Of a stretch of DNA of 64,000 nt, positions 38,544 to 50,128 are shown one piece after another. The position numbers and the translations under genes are program-made. This DNA comes from Succinivibrionaceae bacterium (lineage in GTDB: Bacteria > Pseudomonadota > Gammaproteobacteria > Enterobacterales > Succinivibrionaceae). The notes below the pieces were generated by a model, which did not search any database, was not told where the DNA came from, and was given only the letters and a program-made list of their open reading frames with translations. The stretch is from contig JAFURY010000049.1 in NCBI GenBank assembly GCA_017480795.1, positions 2 to 64,001 of the forward strand. Reading direction: 5' to 3'. Numbering within the stretch: position 1 is the first letter of the stretch; the number at the start of each line of letters is the position of its first letter.

Positions 38544-40259
38544 ATGAGCGGCTGTCTACTGCTGATAATCGCCGTGGTTTACTTCACGGCGTTTTATTTC
38601 ATATACGGAAAATTCATCTCCAGGGTGCTGGGCGTCGATCCGTCCCGGCCCACCCCGGCGCACACCAGAAACGACGGCGTGGACTACACGCCGGCCCGGC
38701 CGGCGGTGCTGTTCGGACACCACTTCGCGTCCATCGCGGGATCCGGTCCCATCCTGGGTCCGATCTTCGCATCGGAACTGGGATGGGGACCGGCGATTCT
38801 GTGGATCCTGCTGGGCAGCGTGTTCTTCGGCGGACTGCACGACTTCGCGGCGCTGTTTCTGTCGGTCCGTCACGAAGGAAAGTCGATTTCCAGCGTCATA
38901 GAAGAGCTCATCGGCTACGCCGGCAGAATGCTGTTTTCCATTTTCTGCTGGACCACCCTGGTGCTGGTGGTGGCCATGTTCGCCCTGATGACGGCCGAAA
39001 TTTTCATCGCCACGCCGTCGGCGGCCACAGCCTCGCTGATCTTCATTCTGCTGGCTCCGGTTTACGGCTTCTTCGTCAACAAGGGAATTCTCAGCGTTCT
39101 GACCGCCTCTCTGATATTCGTGCCGCTGACATTCCTGACGGTGTACGTGGGCATGCTCTTGCCCTGCGATCTGACGGCCATCGGAAGTTACTTCGGACTT
39201 GAACTGAGCCATGGCGCCTGCAGCATCATCTGGCTTGCGGTGCTGGGCGTTTACGTGTTCATCGCCTCCGTAACACCGGTGCAGTGGCTGCTGCAGCCGA
39301 GAGACTTTCTCAATTCGTTCCTGCTTTACGCCATGCTCGTCATCGGCTTTTTCGGCATTGTGCTCTACAATCCGCACATCGCCCAGGACGCCTTCCATGG
39401 TCTGGTGGTGCATCTGCCCTCAGGCGCCGACAAGTCGGTGTTCCCTACCCTGTTCATCGTGATCGCCTGCGGCGCCTGCTCCGGCTTCCACTCTCTGGTG
39501 GCCTCCGGCACCACCTCCAAGCAGGTGAGCTCCGAAAAGGACATCCAGCTGGTGGGCTACGGCGGAATGCTGCTGGAGGGCGTGCTGGGAGTGATCTCTC
39601 TGATCTCCGTGATTTATCTTTCCGGCAGCGACTTCACCGCAGCTGTGGCCAAACCGCAGCTGGCTTTCGCCAGCGGCATCGCCACCTTCTCGTCGGCTCT
39701 GGGCTTCAGCGCCGAGGTGGCCGGTCCGTTCATATCCCTGGTGCTGGCCGCGTTCATGATGACCTCCCTTGACACCGCCACCCGTCTGGGCCGATTCATA
39801 TGGCAGGAAATCCTTCTTGGCAGAAGCGACCGGAGACAGAGCGGTCCTCAGACCCTGCCTGCGGCCAGACGCTTCCTGTCCAACTCCTACGTCGCCTCGG
39901 TCATCATCGTCCTGGTTGCCGTGCTGCTGTGCGTTTCCGGCAAGGCAGGAGCCATCTGGCCGGTATTCGGCGCCTCGAACCAGCTTCTGGCGGCGCTGAC
40001 CCTCCTTGGCATTTCACTCTTCCTGCTGAAGTACCGCAGCCGCTCCTACATCGCCTTCATACCCATGATTTTCATGACGGTGATGAGCTGCTGGGGTCTT
40101 GGCATGATGATGACCAGCTCCTCCACCGCGCTGATGCTGGTGGTGATCTGCGCCGTGCTGCTGCTGCTGACGGCTCTGCTGATGACGCTGGCGGTAAAAT
40201 CGGTGCTGAAGATCAGAAAAGCCCGCCGCATAAGCGGACTGAAGCCTTCGGAGCAATAA
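38544..40259 (+). CDS. CstA-family (carbon starvation / peptide-pyruvate) transporter
   Basis: 571-aa polytopic membrane protein with the CstA signature VLFGHHFASIAGSGPILGPI. Confidence 0.85.
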   Translation: MSGCLLLIIAVVYFTAFYFIYGKFISRVLGVDPSRPTPAHTRNDGVDYTPARPAVLFGHHFASIAGSGPILGPIFASELGWGPAILWILLGSVFFGGLHDFAALFLSVRHEGKSISSVIEELIGYAGRMLFSIFCWTTLVLVVAMFALMTAEIFIATPSAATASLIFILLAPVYGFFVNKGILSVLTASLIFVPLTFLTVYVGMLLPCDLTAIGSYFGLELSHGACSIIWLAVLGVYVFIASVTPVQWLLQPRDFLNSFLLYAMLVIGFFGIVLYNPHIAQDAFHGLVVHLPSGADKSVFPTLFIVIACGACSGFHSLVASGTTSKQVSSEKDIQLVGYGGMLLEGVLGVISLISVIYLSGSDFTAAVAKPQLAFASGIATFSSALGFSAEVAGPFISLVLAAFMMTSLDTATRLGRFIWQEILLGRSDRRQSGPQTLPAARRFLSNSYVASVIIVLVAVLLCVSGKAGAIWPVFGASNQLLAALTLLGISLFLLKYRSRSYIAFIPMIFMTVMSCWGLGMMMTSSSTALMLVVICAVLLLLTALLMTLAVKSVLKIRKARRISGLKPSEQ

Positions 40260-40379
40260 CGTCGGGCGCGGATTCGAAATTCCGGGACCGAAAATTTAAG
40301 GATCTGAAATTTTAAACTGGAAGCTGGAGTTTGACGAACAAAACTCCGGCTTCGACTGATCCCGCATGACGCAAGGCTG

Positions 40380-41215
40380 CTGTCGATTCTATCCATCCGC
40401 TGCGGAATTCAACCGGCCGGCGTCAGGCTCTCGGCGTCCGTGTTCCATCGATATGCATACTAATTTTCTAATCCGATAAAACGTAGCAAACCCTTGCCGC
40501 GCAAGGGTTTATTGCACAAGATTTCAGCCGCCTGCTGCGGAATGCCGCATGCAGTCGTCAGGCCATCGGCACCCGTGTTCCATCGATATGCATACTAATT
40601 TTCTAATCCGATAAAACGTAGCAAACCCTTGCCGCGCAAGGGTTTATTGCACAAGATTTCAGCCGCCTGCTGCGGAATGCCGCATGCAGTCGTCAGGCCC
40701 TCGGCACCAGTGTTCCATCGATATGCATACTAATTTTCTAATCCGATAAAACGTAGCAAACCCTTGCCGCGCAAGGGTTTATTGCACAAGATTTCAGCCG
40801 CCTGCTGCGGAATGCCGCATGCAGTCGTCAGGCCCTCTGCAGCCGTGTTCCATCGATATGCATACTAATTTTCTAATCCGATAAAACATCGCAAGCCCTT
40901 GCCGCGCAAGGGTTTATGGCACAGACTTCAGCCGCCTGCTGCGGAATGGCGCAGACAGGCGTCAGGCTCTCGGCGCCCATGTTCCATCGATATGCATACT
41001 AATTTTCCAATCTGATAAAACATCGCAAACCATTGCCGCGCAAGGGTTTATGGCACAGACTTCAGCCGTCTGCTGCGGAATGTCGCCGGCAGGCGTCAGG
41101 CCCTCGGCAGCCGTGTTCCATCGATATGCATACTAATTTTCTAATCCGATAAAACGTCGCACCCCTTGCCGCGCAAGGGTTTATGGCACCAGATTTCAGC
41201 CGCCTGCTGCGGAAG
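40380..41215. repeat. Tandem array of six ~135-bp non-coding units plus partial flanking copies
   Basis: Unit starts (TGTTCCATCGATATGCATAC) at 40441, 40576, 40711, 40846, 40980 and 41114. Each unit holds an AT-rich block, the hairpin AAACCCTTGC-cgc-GCAAGGGTTT (first copy at 40488-40510) followed by TTTAT, and a second imperfect hairpin around CTGCGGAAT. The six-frame track lists no ORF within 40397..41165 (end of ORF 40046..40396 to start of ORF 41166..41459). Confidence 0.9.
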
Positions 41216-41364
41216 ACAGCTGCTTGCGCCGCTGTTTGGTCACCCGCAGCGTCAGGGAGCAGCTCTTCAGCCAGAGAAGCGCCCTGGGATCATGAAAGCG
41301 GCGAAAAGATCAGACACCCGGAAACGATTTCGGCACCGAGGAGATTGTATCCCAGGATGCGGAT

Positions 41365-42525
41365 TTAAAACGGCAGCATTGCCGCCAGCGGCAGCAGCAG
41401 GGTATCCAGCGCAAACAGCAGCGCCAGAGTCAGACCGACCCATACGGCGGCGGCCATAAACGAAGGAGCGCTGGGCTGGCGACCGTCGGTTACGGCGTTA
41501 AGGGCGATGCGCACCGTGAAATACCGCAGCATCAGCCAGACGGTCAGCGGGAGACAGAGATTGAATGTGGCAAGCAGCAGCAGACTGCTGCGGACAAAAA
41601 GCAGACTGAGAACCGTCAGCGCGCACGCCGAGGCGTTTACTGCGGCCAGCAGGCTGATCCGCCCGCAGAGGGAGGACCAGATGTACTGCCGGGCCTTCAG
41701 GAAGCAGATCTTGAGGCGCTGGGCGCTGAGACAGGCGGCGACGCTGTAGATGCCGGTGACAACCGCAGGAATGCTCAGGATCACGAAGAAAGCGAAGACG
41801 GTATGGCGCCAGACGCTTGTCACGTCGCGGGCGATGCCGGCATAGGATTTCAGCAGCGCGGCAAAGCTGTCAGCGTCGTAGACCCCGGCGTCAAGAAAGG
41901 ACATCAGCGGCTTGACGGACTGTTCCAAAAGCGACAGCGTCCCTTCGTAAACCATGGACACGATCCTGAAAGTCGAGAAGATCATGAACAGGAAGCAGAT
42001 ACAGGCCAGCGCGGTAAGGCCTCCAAGGATCCACAGCTGAACCTTCAGACCGAAACGAATTCTGCCGGCGGTTCTCTGCAGCTGTTCGTCCCAGACGAAA
42101 GCGCCGTTTGCGGAGTCGCCGCAGGCGGCGTTGCGGGACAGATCATCCCCGGCGTCAGTCCCGGACGTCGCGATCAGCGCGCAACTGTCCGACCTGCCAG
42201 GCTCCGCGGCGCTTTCGGGCGGCGCGCTCTGTCCTCTCTGACCTGTACTGGCCGACGCGCCATCATGCTCCTGGGTTTCCGCCGGACTTTTCTCAGATCC
42301 GTTCCTGGAAAACCTCTCTCCGTCGCCGGAGTCGGAGTCCGATGTCGCATCGCCGCATGAAGCATCCTTCGGGGACAAAGCCTCCCCGGCGCCGGCCGCC
42401 GGCCTGTTTTCGGCGTTCCGGCCGTCCGCGCAGCTTCGGCCCTGATCCGCGCCTTCAGGAGAATTCCGGTTTGAACCGTTTCCAGGATTTTCTTCGGTCC
42501 CGGATACCGGGCTGTCCTGCCTCAC
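41365..42525 (-). CDS. Hypothetical polytopic membrane protein with disordered N-terminus
   Basis: 386 aa: ~150 aa of low complexity (S/G/D/A-rich), then about 5-6 hydrophobic helices. The start overlaps the rnd stop by 4 nt. Confidence 0.5.
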   Translation of the reverse strand: MRQDSPVSGTEENPGNGSNRNSPEGADQGRSCADGRNAENRPAAGAGEALSPKDASCGDATSDSDSGDGERFSRNGSEKSPAETQEHDGASASTGQRGQSAPPESAAEPGRSDSCALIATSGTDAGDDLSRNAACGDSANGAFVWDEQLQRTAGRIRFGLKVQLWILGGLTALACICFLFMIFSTFRIVSMVYEGTLSLLEQSVKPLMSFLDAGVYDADSFAALLKSYAGIARDVTSVWRHTVFAFFVILSIPAVVTGIYSVAACLSAQRLKICFLKARQYIWSSLCGRISLLAAVNASACALTVLSLLFVRSSLLLLATFNLCLPLTVWLMLRYFTVRIALNAVTDGRQPSAPSFMAAAVWVGLTLALLFALDTLLLPLAAMLPF

Positions 42526-43805
42526 CCCGCATCTCCGCTGTTGATGCTGCCGTCGCCTGCGGCGGAGGCGGTTTTGTCCGGAGCGTCGCCTGCGCCCTGC
42601 GGCGCCGATTCCGTCCGCGCATACCGCCCGACGTCCACATGCAGAAAGCTCAAATCGCTGTCGCCGAACTCCTGCGAATCCCTGAGAATTTTTTCAAGAA
42701 ACTCTGTTTTCCACGGAGAGTACAGCACCGGCGGGGTTTCCAGCTGCTCGCGCATGTCGCAGCCGAGCCAGAGGCACAGATCGGAGGTTTCTCGTCTGCT
42801 GACGCCGGCATCCCGGTGAATGCCGCGGCTGTCGCAGAAGGCGCGGATGTCCTCGATGAGCATGTTTCCGAATTTCGAGTATTCGGAATTCGGGATGAGA
42901 GAGCCGGTGAAAATGCCATCCTCGTCCAGATGGCTGCTGTAGAGAATGTCGAGGATGTCATGACCGTACAGCTTCACCGCCTTGGGATGCATTCCGGCGA
43001 TAACCAGGGATCTGCCGTCATGCATGCGGGTCTTCACCAGTTTGGGCAGCGCCGCGCCGGGAATGATCCTCGACAGCGCAATGTTCTCCTCCTCCCCCTT
43101 GCGCCGGCGGTAGCGGACCAGCTCCCTGAGTCTGGCCATCTGCCTGACGCTCATGGAGCTGTCGGCATGCTTGAGATAGGCCTTGTCGGGATCCGCGGGA
43201 TGAAGCGTCCTGATGACCATCACCATGACGTCCTGGTCGTAGTAACGGCTGTGACCGTTCGCATCAATCCTCTCCTTAAGGATACGGTACATGTCAAGCA
43301 GATAGTAGACGTCAAGGGCGGCGTAGCGGATCTGCTGGGAGTTCAGAGGTCTGGTCATCCAGATGCTGGTGGTCTGATCCTTGAGGATCTCCACTCCCAA
43401 TAACAGTTTGATGATGGCGGCAAGCCCCAGCTTTCTGGTTTCGCCGACATACGGCAGCATCATCTGAAGATCGTCGATATGCTTGGGAAGGGATCCGCTG
43501 CAGTGGTAGATGACCTCCAGATCCTCCCGCATGGAAAAGAACACGAACCTGGCATCGGATGCCACAAAGGCCTTCCAGAAGGCGTCCCGCTGCTTCATGT
43601 CAAGGGAGATCACATCCACCAGATACACCCTTTTGCCGTCGTAAAGCTGCACCAGGGCGACAAGGGGATACAGCGTCTCGATGCGCACGAATTCGGTATC
43701 CACCCCGATAAGAGGCTCGGTGGCAAGGCACTTCAGCACCTCGCCCAGCTTCTCCTGACTGTCGGCGTAGCACACCGGCATGTCGAGACTGTCGTTAACG
43801 GTCAA
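42522..43805 (-). CDS. rnd: Ribonuclease D
   Basis: DEDD 3'-5' exonuclease motifs (IGVDTEFVR, FFSMREDLEV, YAALDVYYLL). Conserved rnd-fadD adjacency. TTG start at 43805 with AGGAG 7 nt upstream. Confidence 0.8.
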   Translation of the reverse strand: MTVNDSLDMPVCYADSQEKLGEVLKCLATEPLIGVDTEFVRIETLYPLVALVQLYDGKRVYLVDVISLDMKQRDAFWKAFVASDARFVFFSMREDLEVIYHCSGSLPKHIDDLQMMLPYVGETRKLGLAAIIKLLLGVEILKDQTTSIWMTRPLNSQQIRYAALDVYYLLDMYRILKERIDANGHSRYYDQDVMVMVIRTLHPADPDKAYLKHADSSMSVRQMARLRELVRYRRRKGEEENIALSRIIPGAALPKLVKTRMHDGRSLVIAGMHPKAVKLYGHDILDILYSSHLDEDGIFTGSLIPNSEYSKFGNMLIEDIRAFCDSRGIHRDAGVSRRETSDLCLWLGCDMREQLETPPVLYSPWKTEFLEKILRDSQEFGDSDLSFLHVDVGRYARTESAPQGAGDAPDKTASAAGDGSINSGDAG

Positions 43806-43849
43806 ATTTCTTCTCCTTGAATCATGCTGTTCCAGACCGACGCGCGCCG

Positions 43850-45535
43850 TCAGTCACCCCGGCGTCCGGCCGCCTGCTCCTCCATCTGCCTGAGCCTTGC
43901 CCGGAGGATCTTGCCGATGTTGCTCTTGGGCAGCGAGTTTACAAACTCCACATGCTTTGGCACCTTGTAGTGGGCCAGATACTGGTAGCAGTAGGCGACG
44001 AGCTCCTCCTCCGTGAGACTGGCGTCGCGTCTGACCACGAAAACCTTCACCCGCTCTCCCGAGCTGCTGCTGGGCACGCCGATGGCGGCCGCCTCGGCCA
44101 CTTTGGCGTTGGTGCAGATCACCTCTTCGATTTCGTTGGGGTAGACGTTGAAACCGGAAACCAGGATCATGTCCTTCTTGCGATCCACCAGCCGGATGAA
44201 GCCGTCTTCTTTCCATACCCCGATGTCCCCCGAATGAAACCAGCCGTCGGTGAAGGAGGAGGCGTTGTCCGACTCCCGGTTCCAGTAGCCCCGGGTCACC
44301 TGAGGTCCCTTGATCCAGAGCTCGCCCGGAGTGTCCCGATCATGAATGTCGCATCCCTTCTCGTCCACGATTCTGATTTGGGTAAACCGCGTGGCCCTGC
44401 CGATGGATCCGGTGTAGGTCTTCTGCTCCACGGGGCCCACGCATACCAGAGGGGAACACTCCGTCATGCCGTAGCCTTCGAGAATGAAGGTGCCGGTGAT
44501 CCTCTGCCAGCGTTCGGCCACGGATTTCTGCACCGAACAGCCGCCGCCCACCACCAGTTTGAGACTGGAGAAATCGACTTTCGCGAAATCACGGTTGAAG
44601 GTCAGAGCGTTGTACAGCGTGTTGACGCCGGTCATGATGGAGGGCCTGAAATCCCGGAACACCTTCACCAGATACCGGATCTTCCGGGGATCCGGCACCA
44701 GGCAGCTGTGGGCTCCGACCCAGGTCACCAGAAGAAAATTCACGGTGAGGGCGAAGACATGATACAGAGGCAGGGCGGAAATGATCCTCTCCCGGCCGTT
44801 CTCAAGCACCGGGCCGTATTCCAGCAGCGCCTGCTGAATGTTGGCCAGAAGATTGTAGTTGCTCAGCACCGCGCCCTTGGGGATGCCGGTGGTGCCGCCG
44901 GTGTACTGGATAAAGGCGATGTCGTCGGGATCGGATTTCACCGGCTCCACCGGCGCCTGCCGGCCAAGTTTCAGGGCCTGCCTGAAGGAGCAGTAGCCGC
45001 CAAACCTGACGCCGCGGCCGGTTTTGTTGAGTCTGCGGTTGACGAAGTCCAGCGCTCTGCCCTTCACCGGTCCCAGCAGATCGCCAAGACGGGTGACGAT
45101 GACGTGCCGCACCATGGTGTAATCGATGATTTCGGCGAGACGATCGGCGAAATTCTCAAGAATGACAATGGTGGTGACGCCTGCGTCCAGCAGCTGGTAG
45201 TGCATTTCCCGGGAGGTGTACTGTGGATTGACATTGACTATCACCAGCCCTGCTCTGAGCGCGCCGATGATGGCCACGGGCATCTGCAGAATATTGGGCA
45301 TCACCAGCGCGATGCGATCCCCTTTTTTCATGCGCAGCCGGTTTAGAAGATAGGAGGAAAAGCAGATGGAAAGATGGCCGATGCGGCCGTAGGTGCAGGT
45401 GGTGCCGAAGCAGGTGGCCATGGGGCGATCGGCGTAGGCGGAGCAGGCATGGGCGAACATGTCGGCAAGAGATCGGAAGGGGACCTCCAGTCTGCCCTCG
45501 TTTTCAGCGGCTCCCGCCTCGTTGCAATCTACCAT
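43850..45535 (-). CDS. fadD: Long-chain-fatty-acid--CoA ligase
   Basis: AMP-binding motif YTGGTTGIPKGAVLSN, GYGMTE, GDIG..DEDGF..I.DRKKDMI.VSGFNVYP. Confidence 0.9.
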   Translation of the reverse strand: MVDCNEAGAAENEGRLEVPFRSLADMFAHACSAYADRPMATCFGTTCTYGRIGHLSICFSSYLLNRLRMKKGDRIALVMPNILQMPVAIIGALRAGLVIVNVNPQYTSREMHYQLLDAGVTTIVILENFADRLAEIIDYTMVRHVIVTRLGDLLGPVKGRALDFVNRRLNKTGRGVRFGGYCSFRQALKLGRQAPVEPVKSDPDDIAFIQYTGGTTGIPKGAVLSNYNLLANIQQALLEYGPVLENGRERIISALPLYHVFALTVNFLLVTWVGAHSCLVPDPRKIRYLVKVFRDFRPSIMTGVNTLYNALTFNRDFAKVDFSSLKLVVGGGCSVQKSVAERWQRITGTFILEGYGMTECSPLVCVGPVEQKTYTGSIGRATRFTQIRIVDEKGCDIHDRDTPGELWIKGPQVTRGYWNRESDNASSFTDGWFHSGDIGVWKEDGFIRLVDRKKDMILVSGFNVYPNEIEEVICTNAKVAEAAAIGVPSSSSGERVKVFVVRRDASLTEEELVAYCYQYLAHYKVPKHVEFVNSLPKSNIGKILRARLRQMEEQAAGRRGD

Positions 45536-46191
45536 ATCCCTTGTCGTGTCCCGGCGTTTTCAAAATATTCCTGCAGATCCCCGCAGCGCGACTGCATGGG
45601 AACGTCCGACGCCTGCCGGCGGCAGGCTTCAGTCAGGCGCGGCTTTGGTTTATGAAACCCTCCGGCGGCCATCAGGCGACGGCCGGAGCGGATCGCCAAC
45701 GAAGCAAACATGACGAAACAGCGCCGGCAGGCGGAAGAAAGCCGATACCGGAATCAGAAACCAGATCCGCGCATCGGTTTATATTCTTAAAGAAATCGCT
45801 CCGGTAATCAAGAAAACGCCGCTTAAAACTTAACACAATTCAAAGATGCGATCGAAGGATGAAACCAAAGCGCCAGCTCAAGCGGAGTTCTGATGAAAAA
45901 TCATCCGCCGTGGCGCCTGATGAGGTATCGGCGAAGATCCGTCATCCCGTCCTGGCTGGTATTGGCAAATATCCGTCATCATGCCGGGCGGTTCTGAAAG
46001 CGCATGCGCAAAGGAATGATTGCGGAAGATAGCCTGCAGCCCGGGCGGGCATCGCTTCGGCGGCAGAGCGGAAAAATGACAGCAAAATCAAAGGCGACGA
46101 AAAGCGCGTCTTCCGCCGTTTTCCGTCGCCGCCAATGAGCCATAACATCCCCCTGCAGTGACCTTTGCGTCATCTGCGGGAAGATGCGGCC

Positions 46192-47712
46192 TCAGTTGTC
46201 CTCGTTGTACAGCTCCAGATCGGTAAGACCCTCGTTCCACGCCTTGTCGGCCTTGGCATCGTCGTTGCGCTGGCGATCCAGATAGGTCAGGTACTCCTCG
46301 GTAATGTCGCCGGTAATGTAGTTTCCCGTGAACACGGAGGTTTCAAATTCGGTCAGGGCGGGATTCTCCTGTCTCACCGCCTTTTCAAGATCCTCCAGAT
46401 CCTGATAAACCAGCCCGTCGGCGCCGATGAGACTGCAGATCTCCTGGTTGGATCTGCCATAGGCGATCAGCTCGCTGCTGGTCGGCATATCGATGCCGTA
46501 GACGTTGGGATAACGGATCTCAGGAGCTGCGGATGCGAAATACACCTTCTCGGCTCCGGCCTCCCGGGCCAGATCGATGATCTGGCCGCTGGTGGTGCCG
46601 CGGACGATGGAGTCGTCCACCAGCAGCACCTTTTTGCCCTTGAACTCGCTCTTGATGGCGTTGAGCTTGCTGCGCACCGACTTCTTGCGCTGCATCTGTC
46701 CCGGCATGATGAAGGTGCGGCCGATATAGCGGTTCTTCACAAAGCCCTGACGGTACTGAATTCCAAGACATTTGGCGATTTCAAGGGCCACGTCGCAGGA
46801 GGTTTCCGGAATTGGAATGATGACGTCGATGTCAAGATCCGGCCAGATCCGGCGGATCTTCTCGCCCAGAAGACGGCCCATGTTCACCCGGGAGGCGTAA
46901 ACCGAAACGTCGTTGAGGAAGGAATCCGGACGGGCGAAATAGACGTACTCGAATATGCACGGACGCAGCCGCACGCTGGCGCAGCACTGCATTGAGTGAA
47001 ATTCGCCGCTTTCGGTGACGTAGATGGCCTCCCCAGGCCTCACGTCCCGTTCGAGGGTGAAGCCGAGAATGTCAAGAGCCACGCTCTCGGATGCCGCCAT
47101 GTACTCCTTCCTGCCGTTCTCAAGGGTTCTTGAGCCGTAAACCAGGGGACGGATGCCGTTGGGATCCCGGAAGGCCACCATGCCGGCGCCGATGATCAGA
47201 GCCACCACCGCATAGGCGCCTCTGATCTGGGCGTTCACCGCGGTCACCGCCCTGAAAATGTCCTCGGGGAGAGGATGCTTGTTTTCGGTCTTCTCCAGCT
47301 CGTATGCGAAAACGTTCAGAAGCAGCTCGGAGTCGGAGCTGGTGTTGATGTGGCGGCGCGTGACCTCCAGCTGCTGCCGCTTCAGCTCCCGGGCGTTGGT
47401 GAGATTGCCGTTGTGGGCCAGGGCGATGCCGAAGGGGGAGTTCACGTAGAATGGCTGCGCCTCGGCGGCGGAGGAGGAGCCGGCGGTAGGATAGCGCACA
47501 TGGCCGATGCCGATGTTGCCCCGCAGCCGGTGCATGTGCCGGGCGGCAAAGACATCCTTGACCAGACCGTTGGCCTTGCGCTGGCGGAAATTGCCGTTGT
47601 CCAGCGTAAGAATGCCAGCGGCATCCTGACCGCGGTGCTGAAGCACCGTAAGAGCGTCATAAAGAGCCTGATTTACCGGAGTCGATCCGACTATGCCTGC
47701 TATGCCACACAT
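46192..47712 (-). CDS. purF: Amidophosphoribosyltransferase
   Basis: [10 protein letters not shown]-terminal nucleophile, PRTase motif [13 protein letters not shown]. Confidence 0.97.
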   Translation of the reverse strand: MCGIAGIVGSTPVNQALYDALTVLQHRGQDAAGILTLDNGNFRQRKANGLVKDVFAARHMHRLRGNIGIGHVRYPTAGSSSAAEAQPFYVNSPFGIALAHNGNLTNARELKRQQLEVTRRHINTSSDSELLLNVFAYELEKTENKHPLPEDIFRAVTAVNAQIRGAYAVVALIIGAGMVAFRDPNGIRPLVYGSRTLENGRKEYMAASESVALDILGFTLERDVRPGEAIYVTESGEFHSMQCCASVRLRPCIFEYVYFARPDSFLNDVSVYASRVNMGRLLGEKIRRIWPDLDIDVIIPIPETSCDVALEIAKCLGIQYRQGFVKNRYIGRTFIMPGQMQRKKSVRSKLNAIKSEFKGKKVLLVDDSIVRGTTSGQIIDLAREAGAEKVYFASAAPEIRYPNVYGIDMPTSSELIAYGRSNQEICSLIGADGLVYQDLEDLEKAVRQENPALTEFETSVFTGNYITGDITEEYLTYLDRQRNDDAKADKAWNEGLTDLELYNEDN

Positions 47713-47794
47713 ATGTCACCTGAAGTAGTTTGCGAAATTTCTGTTCTGAATTCATGCGTCTGTGGAAAGAAAGGTCCGCTTCTGAAAAAAGAGG

Positions 47795-48541
47795 CTACTT
47801 GCTTTCCTGAACGATTCTGTCCACATCCTGCGGATTTATCCCCAGTTTCGCCGGGTCCACCACCACCTTGCCGTCCGGGGTCACCGAAAAGGCCGAAGGA
47901 TCCACCCCCTGGCCTCCCAGGGCGGGATCGAGGGCATGACCTGCGGCGCCGGCCTGATCGGAAAGCGGGAGAGAAAGTCCCGACGATGAGACTCCGCTCT
48001 GCTGCGGGTCAAGCGCGGAGTTCACCACGTCGTTGATGACTCCGGTAACATTGATCTTGTCAAAGAACCAGAAGACCACCTTGTTGAATTCGGGAATGAA
48101 GGCGGAGTTCTCCCAGAACGGCATTTTCTGGATGAAGGAGAAGAGCCCCAGATTGAACAGGATGTTGCAGACCGCAAGGGCGGCGCAGATCATCATCACG
48201 CCCCTGAGGGCGCCGAAGCACATGCCCAGGATCCGGTCGGTGACGCTCAGCGTGCCGTCGGTTTTCCTGAGGATCCGCACCACGAAATACACCGCCACGG
48301 CGCCCAGGATCAGCGAGGTGACAAACAGCACCAGAATGGACACCGGGATCCTGAAGTCCGCCTGCATGGAAGCCATCAGGGCGGACTGCGACAGATCGTA
48401 ATAAAAGAACTTGGCTATGGCGAAGGCCATGAACCAGTTGATAATGGACAGACACTCCTTGACGAAGCCGTTCATTATGCTGAAAAGAGTGGAAATCACC
48501 ACTATCGCGATTATCACCCAGTCGGTGAGAATAAGCTCCAT
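47795..48541 (-). CDS. cvpA: Colicin V production protein CvpA with extended C-terminus
   Basis: Four-helix membrane N-terminal part (DWVIIAIVVISTLFSIMNGFVKE...). Conserved cvpA-purF order. Confidence 0.8.
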   Translation of the reverse strand: MELILTDWVIIAIVVISTLFSIMNGFVKECLSIINWFMAFAIAKFFYYDLSQSALMASMQADFRIPVSILVLFVTSLILGAVAVYFVVRILRKTDGTLSVTDRILGMCFGALRGVMMICAALAVCNILFNLGLFSFIQKMPFWENSAFIPEFNKVVFWFFDKINVTGVINDVVNSALDPQQSGVSSSGLSLPLSDQAGAAGHALDPALGGQGVDPSAFSVTPDGKVVVDPAKLGINPQDVDRIVQESK

Positions 48542-48554
48542 GAGGGGCGACCCG

Positions 48555-49883
<1,329 letters not shown>

Positions 49884-50128
49884 TTAATCTGTGGGTATTC
49901 TACCAAAAAACACCGGCCGTTAGCAGGGCTAAACCGTTTTAATCGGCAGATTTTGCGTTTGCGAAAATTGCGCGCGAAGCGCTGAAAGATAGAAAAACAG
50001 ACGCCCCAGAAAGACTAAAAAGAAAAAAGGACAACAGAATCAACGCGTTGCGCGCGGTGGTCAGGCAGGATATCGGAATTCGCGCCGAGCGCCTGCCATG
50101 GCGTGAAATCGGGCGCTTGCGAATTTGG

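Noticed and set aside
40380-41215. Possible CRISPR array, because of regular repeats containing a palindromic hairpin.
   Set aside because: The entire ~135-bp unit is repeated, so there are no unique spacers. The period is far longer than a CRISPR repeat-spacer unit, and no cas genes are nearby.
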